From NCBI GenBank assembly GCA_026025075.1, contig JAPEUI010000072.1, positions 1 through 64,000 on the forward strand: 64,000 nucleotides of DNA. The letters run 5' to 3'. Origin of the DNA: Vezdaea acicularis (lineage: Eukaryota). The translations under genes were made by a program, and so were the position numbers. Below are positions 13,089 to 25,750 of the stretch, piece after piece; position 1 is the stretch's first letter; every line of letters starts with the position of its first letter. Below the pieces are notes generated by a model. It ran no database searches and was not told the DNA's origin. It saw only the letters and a list, made by a program, of their open reading frames with translations.

Positions 13089-14064
13089 CGCGGCCCTTGA
13101 ATCAATTTGGAGAAGACTATCCAAGAACTGTATATTTATTCAAAAAGTATGGAAGGAGAGTTGTCTGTGGATCGTGACAGCCCTATGAAGGTTCCAAACG
13201 CATGTGACGAAAGAAAAATCTCTATCCAACCCCACATGGTTCCTCAAACCCACGCGGCACGGGCCTGTAAGCGAAATGTCTAACAGAGCGCCTCCGATCA
13301 CCCTGCATTGAGCTCGAAGCTGTGATTGGTCATCGACATGCGATCAGAGTTTGGACCTGCGTGACCTGACCTGCCTCTTCAAGGGAGAGCAAATCTTCTA
13401 GAGGTTGATCTCATATTACTTTTCCACCTCAGCAAATTCTTGAACCCGATTTCTCCCGCCCATGCTGCACGAGGTTCCCGGCGCGATAGCAGCCGAACTC
13501 CGGCAGCCTTTTAGGGCCTAGCTTACCTTTGACTCCAGGTTCGCCTTCACACCCGCGGTGAACACAACGCCATCCCACTCACAGGGGACCTCCATATCCA
13601 AATATTACTTGAAGACTCCTTGTCTCGAATCAATTGCTCGCTTCGTTGCACGTTCTCTTCTTGCTTTTTTCAAAGCATATTTTTGCTTCTGGAAAATATC
13701 TTTTTTCTCCACGAGGCATCCGCAGCATGGCTTTAATACCAGTTCCCGCCATGCACACACGTATGAAGTTCCGTTGATCTCTCTTGGGAGCGTTGGTAAG
13801 CCTAGCCTCTGCATTTCATTCTTGCTCACTATAATCAAGAACTTTCTCTTCTGTGGCACGAGATCACAATATAGTGTTTAGTCTTTTCAATATATACATG
13901 TGCTGACATATTTATCTGAAGCTCATCGCTACTATTCCATCTCCACGTCCTCCATTCACCGATTAACTGTGAATCATCTCCTCGTATACATAGGCCTCCG
14001 GAAGGGAAGGAGCGCCCAAGAGAGTGCTGTCTAGAGAGGCGTCAGTGCTGTTTGGTTCCCCGTA

Positions 14065-15245
<1,181 letters not shown>

Positions 15246-16812
15246 GAGAACGTTCAGGTCACAGGACTTAAATCTCAACGTGTGTCAGCAATAAACATCT
15301 CACTCGACGATTGAGTATTGTCTTATCTACTTTGGGACATCTATTGCAAAGAATTAAAGTCACAACTTATTCAAAAGCATTTGAACAAGCATCAGTACAA
15401 AGCATAAGTGGTTAGGATAAAAAGGGTCGATAGGAAAGCGAGCATTGATGGCGCTTTGATTTAGGTTGTACAGATATTAAGCATGGGTTCTTCAATTACA
15501 GAAGCCAACGTCTATTGGACGTTCTGGGAAACTTGTCTAAAAGTTCACAAAAGTCCACAAAAGTTTGAAAGATTAAGGATATGGAAAGCAAAAAGTTGAT
15601 CGGGGAGTTGTTCTTCTGATGAACGGTATTTGAGAGGGTGGAAGAGACGGCACAGGCTTTTAAACACCCCATTTTATGCTTGATTCTTCTTCCAAGGTAT
15701 GGAAACTTGAGGACAGAGGTGAAGTGCCTCCAAAGTGCCAATATCGATGAAGAAATCATGGAATATAGGTCCATAGCTCAGAGTGAATGAGTGTGATCTT
15801 GATTCCATTCAAGATTGATAGCGTCTTGGTGGACTGCATGAGCCCAGCATGCGAACGACTGGTAAATGCTACAATCCTCCAGATATCGTAGCATCAACCG
15901 CTCTGGATATGTGAACACCTCCCTCCCCTGGAAAAAGTCTGGTCAAGCTTGCCTGGATTCCATGGGTGCCTTTAATATGTGCAGATTATCTATTTCGTAA
16001 GTGCACATAGGTTCCTGCTCTTCTGCTCTATGACATCCCTTCATTTTCTGGCCTCCTTCCAAGAGCGTAGGTTATACCGCCCCCAACGACATTACAAAGC
16101 GCCAATCCCATTGCCGCGCCCCTCACTGCTCCTCGTACCCCGAACTTCTGGCTGAGATGATACTTTCTCCGTCTCGCTAGTATTAAGTAAAGGCCAGACC
16201 AAGCGGCGCTGAAACCTGCTGCATCTTTTTCAAAGCCATTAATGTTGAGGTAAGAGGCGAACAGGAGAGCTGGGGGGATAAGGAGAGGGACTGGTTGAAG
16301 GGGTCGAATTGATAGTGGTAATATGAGAGTTGCAAGGAGAGTAGGAGGTAATGACGATTCTATGAATCTTGTTAGTTGTTGAACCTATGGATTCAAACAA
16401 GACCTAGAAACTTGCCGCCCCATTTCTTTACGTATCCAGCTGTTGTGAGCTTTGCCTGCTCGACTTGTCTCTCCGCGTCTGACATATTCTACAGTTCTTA
16501 AGCACCCCCTTTGTCGGCCCTCACCAATTCCGAGGTAGTTTATATCATCGATTAAGGGGCTATAGGAATCAAAACAGCGTTTAATTCCCTATGTTTCTTT
16601 GAGTGCATGACGCCAAAAAAACACACACGTGATGACAACATATCTTTGGCGTAGCGACGCGCTTAGCCACATTGAGTCGTAACGAAGTGAACACATTCCT
16701 TCCCGTGTTCTAGAAAAACGGACTATCATCAAGGCGGGCTGAAAAACATCAACTCAGATCGCACGCCACTCTGGCGTCCTCGATATCGATCTGAACATAT
16801 CAAGGCACGCCG

Positions 16813-18606
16813 ATGCCTCCAGCGACTTCTTCGGGCGCTTCGACCGCGCCTAATGGTGAGGCAAAGTCCAGAGATCATAACCAAGGAAATCAGGACCGTA
16901 AATACACAGTCGAACAGAAGACTGCGGTGATACGGGTCCGAAGATGCAGCCCTACAGCGTTCTACGATATTCTGGGCTTGGAGTCGGTGCGAACAAGTTG
17001 CTCGGAAGGCGATATCAAGAAAGCATATCGAAAATTGAGCTTGCTCACCCATCCGGATAAGAATGGTTACGAGGGTGCGGACGAAGCTTTTAAGAGTTAG
17101 TCTGATGAACGTTCTTGTTAGCATAGGTGAAGTTGTGAAAACTTTAGCTGATATTAGTTTTATTTTACAGTGGTTTCGAGAGCCTTCCAAATATTGTCAG
17201 ATGTAGATAAGAAGGCCAAATTCGATAAATTCGGCGGTGACCCTGATAGCCGCTTCCAACAAACAGCCGCTTCTTCGCCATTCGGTCAAGGATTCAGTAG
17301 GAGTCAAGGTTTTGCAAGCCCTGGGCCTATGTTTGATGGCGAGATCTCACCAGAAGAAATGTTCAATCGAATGTTCTCCGAAGGCATGGGCATGGGTGGA
17401 GGATTTGGTGGACCATTTGGTAAGGAAACATTTCTTGAAGGCCAGATCTGGGTTCAGTGGAATCATGCCTTTAAAGGCGCCTTAAATCGACAACCAATGA
17501 CTGGACCTTCGGGGAGAGGGATATGGAAACCCGAGGAAATACCCAGCTGCAATTCTTCGAAGAAATGCAAGATGTGGCCCAAGAAAGGATCAATACCCCT
17601 ATCAAGGCACAGCTATGGGGGGATGATTCGGTGGCTCGTGGGCTAGCCGAACCGAGGGCCAAAGAGATGACTCTAGGGAGAGCCAAAGCAGAAATCGCCA
17701 AAACCAACAGGACTAGAGAGTGGAAGGCCTAAGCGGAGCGCTCTGAAACGATGAAGGGACGAAACAATCGAGATGGAAAAGATAGAGACTGAAGCTTAAA
17801 CGGAGAGAGCTGAAAGCAAAACAGACTTAACCGTTGGCGAATATGACCTAACGACGACTGCCGCTGCCCAGACAGCCAGGAAGGACTCGAGCCTCGGCCC
17901 TCGATCTCAAATATCTTGTCTGACTCAGTGAATTAATGTTTCATTGATTTTTCATTCTTGTCCTTATGTCTTCGCAACCATGGATGATATTTCCTTGTAC
18001 GATGGTAAGGACAGAACCAAATCGCTAACGATCGCCATCATAGGCCGAGGGTTCTTTGATACAGGGCCACATTTCGTATTCAACCTCAATGGTGGTGGTC
18101 CTGGTATTCGTGTAAATCAATTTGGTGGTGGTCGCCCGAGAACACGGCCAAACAGACCGGCAGCCACAGAAGATACGCCTCTAACATTACGACAAATATT
18201 ATCAAACTTCCTTCCTTTACTACTTCTTGTCATTCTGCCCGTTCTCTCAACCTTCTTCTCAGCGTCCAGTACCCCCTCGGGTCCTAAAATCCGCTTCGAA
18301 ACCCCATCTCCACCTTATACAATGCATCGAATCACCCCACGACTGAAGGTCGACTACTATATAAACCCCCTCGAAGTTGAGGACTGGAGCAATCGGAAAC
18401 TTCACCAATTAGACCAAAGTGCTGAAGTTGATTTTGTACGGAAATTACGGATAGACTGTGAGATTGAGTCAGAAAACAGGCAGAGACTGGTCCAGGATGC
18501 GCAAGGCTGGTTTATGATTGACCAGGAGAAGATGGCGAAGGCTCGGCGCCTGCCCATGAAGAATTGTAACCGGTTGGATGAACTGAGGATAGGGCGGGGT
18601 GTATGA
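16813..18606 (+). CDS. HLJ1: ER membrane J-domain co-chaperone, DNAJB12/Hlj1 type (J domain, G/F region, TM helix, DUF1977-like lumenal domain); introns 17096-17170 and 17420-18043
   Basis: FYDILGL...IKKAYRKLSLLTHPDKN...ADEAFK-MVSRAFQILSD; TM FLPLLLLVILPVLSTFF; LHQLDQSAEVDFVRKLRIDCEIE. Confidence 0.9.
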
Positions 18607-18959
18607 TACCAATGTATCTTGATTGATTGCATGGCGTTTCAATACCTTGGAGGTTTCTTATAGATGGGGAAGAGCATGTGCGAGCTCGCTCATCAAGCAT
18701 GGGATTGTCTGATAAAAGGCGGTTTCGAACGATATTTTCAACCCGTTGAACTCTCGAAGCATAAGGGAACATGCACACGCACTCTGACTGTAGCCCAGGG
18801 CAACACTACTCGCAGCGCGAGCACCCATCGGTGGGATAATCAGATGGTGTTGGGTTCTTTTGGTCCATTCTTAACTTGTATGGCATCTTGATGGGGCTTA
18901 TCAGCTACATCATTACGACCTGGTATCCTGAATATGCTAAGACGCTTGAACAAAATCCA

Positions 18960-21445
18960 TCAAACCATCATGCTCCGCCTCCGCCCGTCAGCCCTCCCTT
19001 GACTCCCCTTCTCAGCCTGACTTGAGAGCGCAGCTGCGCTTTTCGCACCTCTCAGCTCTCCACCTGCAGCCGTCTCCTCTCTTTTCCCTCTTCCAGCCCC
19101 GCCACCTAGTGTCTGCCGTCTACTCGAGCGCTTTGCCCCCAGTGCATCGGCCTCGGATTCGGACTCCTCTGTTCCCGTTGATTGCACTGATGGTACACTC
19201 GAGAGCCTTCTAGACGCCCTCGAACGAGCCAGTTCCTCTCTGCTTATTTTCGGAGGTCTGCGTGGAGGACTGTTGGCATCAAAGTTGTAGATATCGGGGT
19301 CTTCGTTTCTACGTTCGAGTGGAGCCGCTTCCTTCCGAAGACCGCGTTCTGCGATCCCTTTGCTGCCATTGGCAAGCGTCGAGATTGTGACTGCGGCCGC
19401 AGCAGATGATAGCTTGCCGTCAGGCAGCCGGGGTTCCTCTGAGTAAGTAGACATACGCCGTCGAGATCTATCACTGCCGATATTGGCATCTCCCAAGTTA
19501 TCTAGTTGCTCTACAGCTGCGCTCTTGCCATTGAGTGGGCTTGTAGCACCTGCTCGATACCGTTGTTCCCTACTTGAGGGTGGAGCATTCTTCCAATTTC
19601 CGTCCGGGCCTTCCTCCTTCTTAATCAGTACTGTGCGTATAGAAGGCCTTTCAGTGGCGCTGTTGTCAACTTCCCTGTCATACTGACCATTTTCGAGTTT
19701 GACTCCGCTCACCCTCTGGCCCTTACCCTCGCCTGTCACTGCGTCCACCATTTCCTTGGTTGGGCGTCTCATTTTGTCTCGAAGATTGGGCTCAGCATAG
19801 CTGACGCTGCTTTTCGCTCGCCTGCTGACGCGGCCTGCATGAAGAGCGTCAGCAGTCGACATGGACGGATCTAATTCCAGCGGCGGTGGTGTATCTCTTG
19901 AGTCTTGACGTGCGGTGGAAGGTTTTGATGATGGGGAAGAGAATAAGTCAAATCCTGCTGGAGTTTCTGGTTCTGGCTCTATATTCTCCTGCTTGAGCTC
20001 GACTATAGGCACAGAATCGTTGACTTCGATGAGGGGTGTATCGACAGACTTCGGCCCCCCTTTCTGTTCTTCAGTCCGGATCCTCGAGGATGTAGCATTA
20101 GCCCCTTTTAGAGCATCTTTAGATGAACACGCCGGTTTACCGCCTCTTTTGGTAGGCGAGGCTGGTTCAGTGTTTGTACTCTCTGAAGAGAATTTATCAG
20201 TACCGAAGACCTTCAGAAGATGAGAGATTCTAGAAAAATATTTCGCTTACTCGGAGCGAGCGCCTTTCTACCCTGAGTAGTCTTCGTTTGGGATGTCTCC
20301 CTCGACTTCTCCTGAAGTATGCCGCGCGCATTTGCAAGGTCTTGAATTGCTCTTGAAGAGACACCGTTCTCCCTCTTGGCTGCAGATGGACGGCTGTTCC
20401 TTCCAGTTGTTCCTTTTCGGAGGAAAGATACATCATCAGGTGCTGAAGCAATAGAGATCTGCTGGTTCTCAGCAAAGTCAAACTTTCGTTTAGACCCCGC
20501 TCGAATTAATTTCGTTGAAGGCTCCTCGGGGTGGCGAAGCTCTGGATCAGATTCTTGGAAGATCTCAGGCTTTTGTGCGTGCAGCACGGTGAAGTCCACT
20601 CTACTAGTGCTGTTACGCCTCCTTCTTCGCGTTTCGAGGTTGGTAGGCAATTGAGTCAGATCGCCATCATTCTCTTCAGAGTCTTGCTCGATTCGCGCAA
20701 TAGGAGGGGATCCAATGATGGGGGAGAACGAAGTGTTTGCCTTAACGTCCAGAGAAATCGCATGTATCTCATCCGCACTGTATCAAGTTAGCGTTTATGC
20801 ACGAATCTTCCCTTTATTGCCATACCTTAAAGTCTTTCGTGGATAGTACCTGTCTTCGACTATTGGCGCGAGCTTTTCTTCTTCCTCCCTGACGGTCTCC
20901 GACTGGGCATATGCCTTTCTCTGCTCTTGCATCATGTTCCAACGATCCAGTGCCTTAGTCCTGGGACACGAAATTGTCACCACTGAGGTCCTTCGCCTAG
21001 CTCGATTGTGTGTATCTCCAAGCTCTTTCACTAAATCATTGAGCTCCTGCACCTTTGCTTCCAACCTCCCCTTTACGCTTTCCACTCCGTCCAACACATT
21101 ATCGGCTTTGTTCCTATCCAATTGGCGTTGCAATGAGATAATGGTTCCACGAAGACTCAGGTTATCTGATAGTAATTGTGCGACTTCAGTCTCAAGGTTG
21201 CGGATGCGAACAGACTGCGCCGAATTCGCTCTATGCCATCATTAGCTGGCTCATTTTCTTATAGGAGGAAGAATTGACCCACCTTGCTATTTCGCGATTT
21301 TGCCTTAGAAATCGGCGTTTTACTGATGAATCACTTCGTGTCAGCTCTGAACATCTCAGACTTCTTTGACTGATCGCTTACAAGTATCCGTGGACTCGGT
21401 CGGTGCCAGATCAGAAGCTGCGGCTGGTTCATTCAACCGAGCCAT
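18960..21445 (-). CDS. SGO1: Shugoshin (5 exons; introns include 21323-21381 and 21231-21282)
   Basis: Spliced N-terminus MARLNEP...LKRRFLRQNREIARANSAQSVRIRNLETEVAQLLSDNLSLR (coiled coil); C-terminal SGO motif RVSRRAKSSVSYAEPNLRDKMRRP. Confidence 0.92.
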
Positions 21446-21829
21446 TTGATCATACTATTGAGGCTTGACGTGCCTATTCAGTCGGAACTTTCTGGCCCCA
21501 AGAAGTGCCAAAATCTCTCATGATCGATGAAATGCTACCAAAATGGTGAGTTTTTGAGGTGGGGGACTTCGATGTTGATTTCGCTTTGCCGAGCGAAAAT
21601 CATTGTTTACATTTCGCTTATTGAGGTTAGACAAGGCTAAGGTGCAGGGATTAGTACAGGGATCCTTTCGGACCGCAAACGATTTCCAGATCGCGAAACA
21701 ATCACTGTTGGAGAGCTATAAGCCACCGCAAAATTCATATGCCTATGTACGAAACTAATTAGATAGGCCGGTATACTTCGAATAGTTCGAGTTTCGACTC
21801 CAGCGTCATTAGGTGAAAGACTTCTCCGT

Positions 21830-22380
21830 ATGATGTCTTACGCCACGCGTCCCCTCGCATCCCACCTTCGACATCAGTCAACTTCCGGCGCACAGTCATC
21901 GAGTGGGCAGTCGCCTGCGCTGGTCGCACGTATCAATGAGAAAAAGCTTGAGTTAGAGAATTTGAAGCAATTGCGCAATCTAAGCGCTGGGCTGGCAACT
22001 CAAATGCAGATGCTAGAAGAGAAACTGGGGACTCTTTCGGACGGTACTGAGGGTAATACGAACTCCCCATTTCTTGATCACACCTACAGTAGCAGCTAAA
22101 ACTCCATACTCAGCTGTCGCTGCAGTACTTTCGAACTGGCATAATGTTCTGAGAGCGATAAATATGGCTTCAAGTAAGACAATCCACTCCCCCTAAACAA
22201 TTTTATTCGACTAATCCTATCCTAGTGAAAATACCACTACCTAAAGATCTCGAAGAAACTGCAGACATGGCTCCTGAAAAAGATGAGCAAGTAGTCCCGT
22301 TACCTCAGACACTCGTACGGATACCGACGCAGCATGAACCCTCTGGGGATCCAAGTGGTGGTGATGGAGGAGGCGGCTAA
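21830..22380 (+). CDS. DAD2: DASH/Dam1 complex subunit Dad2 (3 exons)
   Basis: LVARINEKKLELENLKQLRNLSAGLATQMQMLEEKLGTLSDGTE-AVAAVLSNWHNVLRAINMAS...PLPQTLVRIP after removing two ~50-60-nt introns. Confidence 0.92.
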
Positions 22381-22841
22381 TAATTATATCTTCGCATTTT
22401 GGGTCGACAGCTAGGACTGCGCCCTCCTTACTGTTTAAGGGTATGGCGGTGATAACATCAATATGGATATTGGATTTAATTGCCATTTTGGCCGCGATGG
22501 GTGTAATCTGATGTCTTGACAACATGGGTCTCGGCATGCTATCATCTCGCGTTAGGCTCGCGTATCAGAAGCGCGTCTTAGCGCCGTTCGTTACCTGGTG
22601 AACAGGAACATTGCTCGAGCCATCCTCGAGACCGCGCCCTCCACAGAATACTTGTACAACCCTGCATCAACAACCTTTGCCATCGACAGTTATACTCAAC
22701 TCAATTATTTTCCTTTGGTGACACGCCCGGCACTTTTTAGTGGAAGAAGCCGTTGCGCGCAAGAAGCTTCATTTCGTCTACTTAGACAGACAAGGGTCCT
22801 TCAGTGGTAACAAAACTTTTGCCCACCCCAGCACCAGCGCA

Positions 22842-24611
22842 ATGCCTCGCCTCACACGCTCCAAGCGTGTTGCAAACCTCGTCCACGAGGATGAAGTCAG
22901 CGCTGAAGAAATTCCACTCCCACCATCGCCAGACAATCGAACGGACAGTCGGGCACCATTGGGAGAAATTGAGATACTAAACCTCGAGCAACCTGCACCG
23001 TTGGTTGTGGAGATGACCGAAGCAATTGAAGCGGTCAAAAAGTCCAACAGTAAGGAGAAAGCGAAGGGCGGTCGCAAAGGAAAGAAGGGCAAGAAAAATG
23101 CCGTTGAAAAGGACATTGTAGAGGAAAGCCGTTCTATTCCAGAGGTTGAAGCGGTGAAAGCTGCCTGTGAGGACCTAATGAATGGCAATACCAGAGGTGC
23201 GGAAAGCGTGAATATCCATTAGGCACCAAACCCTTAGCTCACAGAAAGTATAGACAGAAGTCGATCCCCAGTCAAAGGAGAACGGGCTATCACACCGCCT
23301 TCGCCGGCTGTCCGAGCTACAAGAAAGCGGCTGGCAGCAAACAAAGTGGACGTACTTCCTAGCAGCACTATCGTTGAAGAGGATGCGGCGCACGTGACTA
23401 CTGGCGTCAGAGAGTCCGAGAAGGTAGAGGACTCTTTCGTCCATAGCATCGTATCTCGTTCTCCTGCCAAGCTTGTGACAAGAAAGGAGGAGCTGAGCGA
23501 ACGCGCGAGTCCTGTAAGAGACTCTAATCAAGTCTCGACCCCATCAGAGAAGAAGGAGGATGACTCTTTCGTTGAGCAAATCATTACTCGCTCCCCTGCA
23601 AAACCCGTCTCACGGATCGAAGACTCGGTCGAAGCAATCGATGCTTTGGAAGATGCCCTTGAACAGGTCGACAAGGCCGTATCAGACCCAGTTCCGCCTA
23701 AGGAGGCCGGCAAGGCCAAGAGAGGAGTTTCGAGAGCGGTCTCGAAACAGGATGCTAAGAAAGCTCCAGCAATGATGAAGGAACTCTCAAAGACAGGCTC
23801 GAATAAGGAAGCAGTATCGGACAAGTCTACTGCGAGAGCGGTTTCAATCGCAGCGAGGAAGCAAACAGTTCCGGTTACGCATAAACGCACAGTCTCGATC
23901 AAGGCGCCAGTGGTCACTCAAACCACCGCGATAGCGAAGAAGAGGCCGGTATCAATGGCGTTCCCTGCTCCACCTCCCCTAGTGAAATCAACGAAACCGC
24001 CAACCCAGCCAAACTTTACTCTTCCAGGTGAGGCCATCAGTCAGAAGCTCAAAGCTGCGCGTGAGGCCCGACAAGCCAAAGAAGCGGAAAACCTTCAAGC
24101 CAAGAAACAGTTTAAGGCTAGGCCTGTGCGACTGAGCGCTACTCCAACGGTTGCAGTGAAGGCAACCGCTGCTAGTAGAGCACGGATGAGTATTGTCACT
24201 GAAGAGGGAGTGAATGTTGTACCCAAGTCACATGTGGGTAATGGAGCCTCGCGTGAGAAGCGTGGCCCTTCGTTGACTGTTACGAAACGGCCCGCAACTA
24301 CCACAACGAATGCGCCTCGTGTTGCTTCTCTGGCCAAGCGTGCTCCATCGACTTCTGTACGTCCAGAGGTCTCCGCAGTGGATGTAGCCATCCAGCGTCA
24401 ACGTGCAAAGGAGATATTTTCACGTGATCGAGTAGAGAAAGGGGAACTCGAGCGTATGCGGAAAGAAAAGGAAGAAGCGGCGAAAAGAGCTAGGGCAGAG
24501 GCAGCGGAGAAGGGAAGATTGGCTAGTAGAGAATGGGCAGAGAAGCAGAGAATGAAGAAGCAGGGGCTCGCCCCTGGGAGCGCGGCTTCGGCATTGAAGG
24601 TCGGATGCTAG
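22842..24611 (+). CDS. Conserved fungal low-complexity/coiled-coil protein with a TPX2-like FKARP motif (intron 23197-23244)
   Basis: Splicing joins ORF 22740-23222 to ORF 23346-24611 in frame; two DSFVxxIxxRSPAK repeats, KSTKPPTQPNFTLPGEAISQKLK, KKQFKARPV, C-terminal AKRARAEAAEKGRLASREWAEKQ. Confidence 0.8.
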
Positions 24612-24951
24612 TTAAAGTGAAGTCGATCACTTTCTGTATGCTGACTCCCGGTACACTGTGCGGCTCCGTATGCAGCTTTCAATTCTTCTCGGTGGCGTTA
24701 CTTCTTCCTCTAAGCAGCGTTTGTAGCGTGTATTCGATGTTGTATATTTATCTTGGCGCGGCAAATATGCTCGTGATCGACTCGCCTAAAGTAATTTTGG
24801 CTTTGCCCCACCGCCTGGTGGCAGCTGCTATCTTCCGTCTTCACGTGGCTGGTTTCCAACCTCATCCACCCTACTGAATGTGCCGATCCTGGCCTCAGGA
24901 CTCGAAGTACGTGGGATCATACATAGATTGCGCGCCTCAGATCGAGGAAAC

Positions 24952-25750
24952 ATGCCTCTGCCAAATGTTTGGCACCTACGCCGCGTGGCTGAGGCGTCGG
25001 CAAAGGCCTGCGACATATGTTACAAGCCAACCACTAGCGTCCTCATCACCGTGGACAACAAGGTGCGTATGCCTTCTATAGCCCTCAGAACATGGCATTG
25101 TTTTGCTTTAAAATATGCGATTCAATGACATTTTGTCATAAGCTAAGTTACGTTCCTTCAGGATTTTTTCTACACATGTCAAGGACACCTTAAAGACCGC
25201 GGGTTTTGTTCACCCATTGTGAGCGATGAGGAGATCGCAGCTCGAAAAAAAGAAGAGTTGGACAGAGAAGTGGCAAAGCTAAAGATGGAGTTCGACGAGA
25301 AGCAAAAGAAAAAGAAGGAAAAGGAAAAGCAGAAGAAGGAAAAAGACAGGAAAGACGGGGAAAAGGACAAAAAGGATGATGCCAGCAAGGAAAGTGAAGA
25401 AGCGAAAGATGCTGAGAAAGCGAGCACCGACAAAGCAGACAAGGTCAGAACAGCTGTGAGTATTTCTAAAAAGTCACCAGAAGGCTTACAACGGTGTTAG
25501 GAGAGTCCAGAGTTAGCAGATGGTATCAAAAGTACATCAAATGTGGAGGAGCCGCGCGTGTACGCTCTTCAAAAGTTTGTAATCACACTAAATGCTGACA
25601 AAGTATGCCGCCTGCTTACAAGAGGTCAACCGCAGAAACTTCTACCAAATGAGACTGGATAGACTACGGAACGCAGAAATGGCAAGGCGTAATCGTGAGC
25701 GATTGAGGAATCCAGCATCATTCCCTCGCGTACCCACAGGAGACCCTTGA
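24952..25750 (+). CDS. VFA1: Vps4-associated protein 1 family (DUF1742-like), 4 exons
   Basis: MPLPNVWHLRRVAEASAKACDICYKPTTSVLITVDNK-DFFYTCQGHLKDRGFCSP, K/E-rich middle, EPRVYALQK-NFYQMRLDR...FPRVP. Confidence 0.85.

Noticed and set aside
17418..18011. Transposon insertion with a 9-bp target-site duplication (TGGTAAGGA) in HLJ1
   Set aside because: No terminal inverted repeats or transposase remnant; the repeat is better explained as two splice donors
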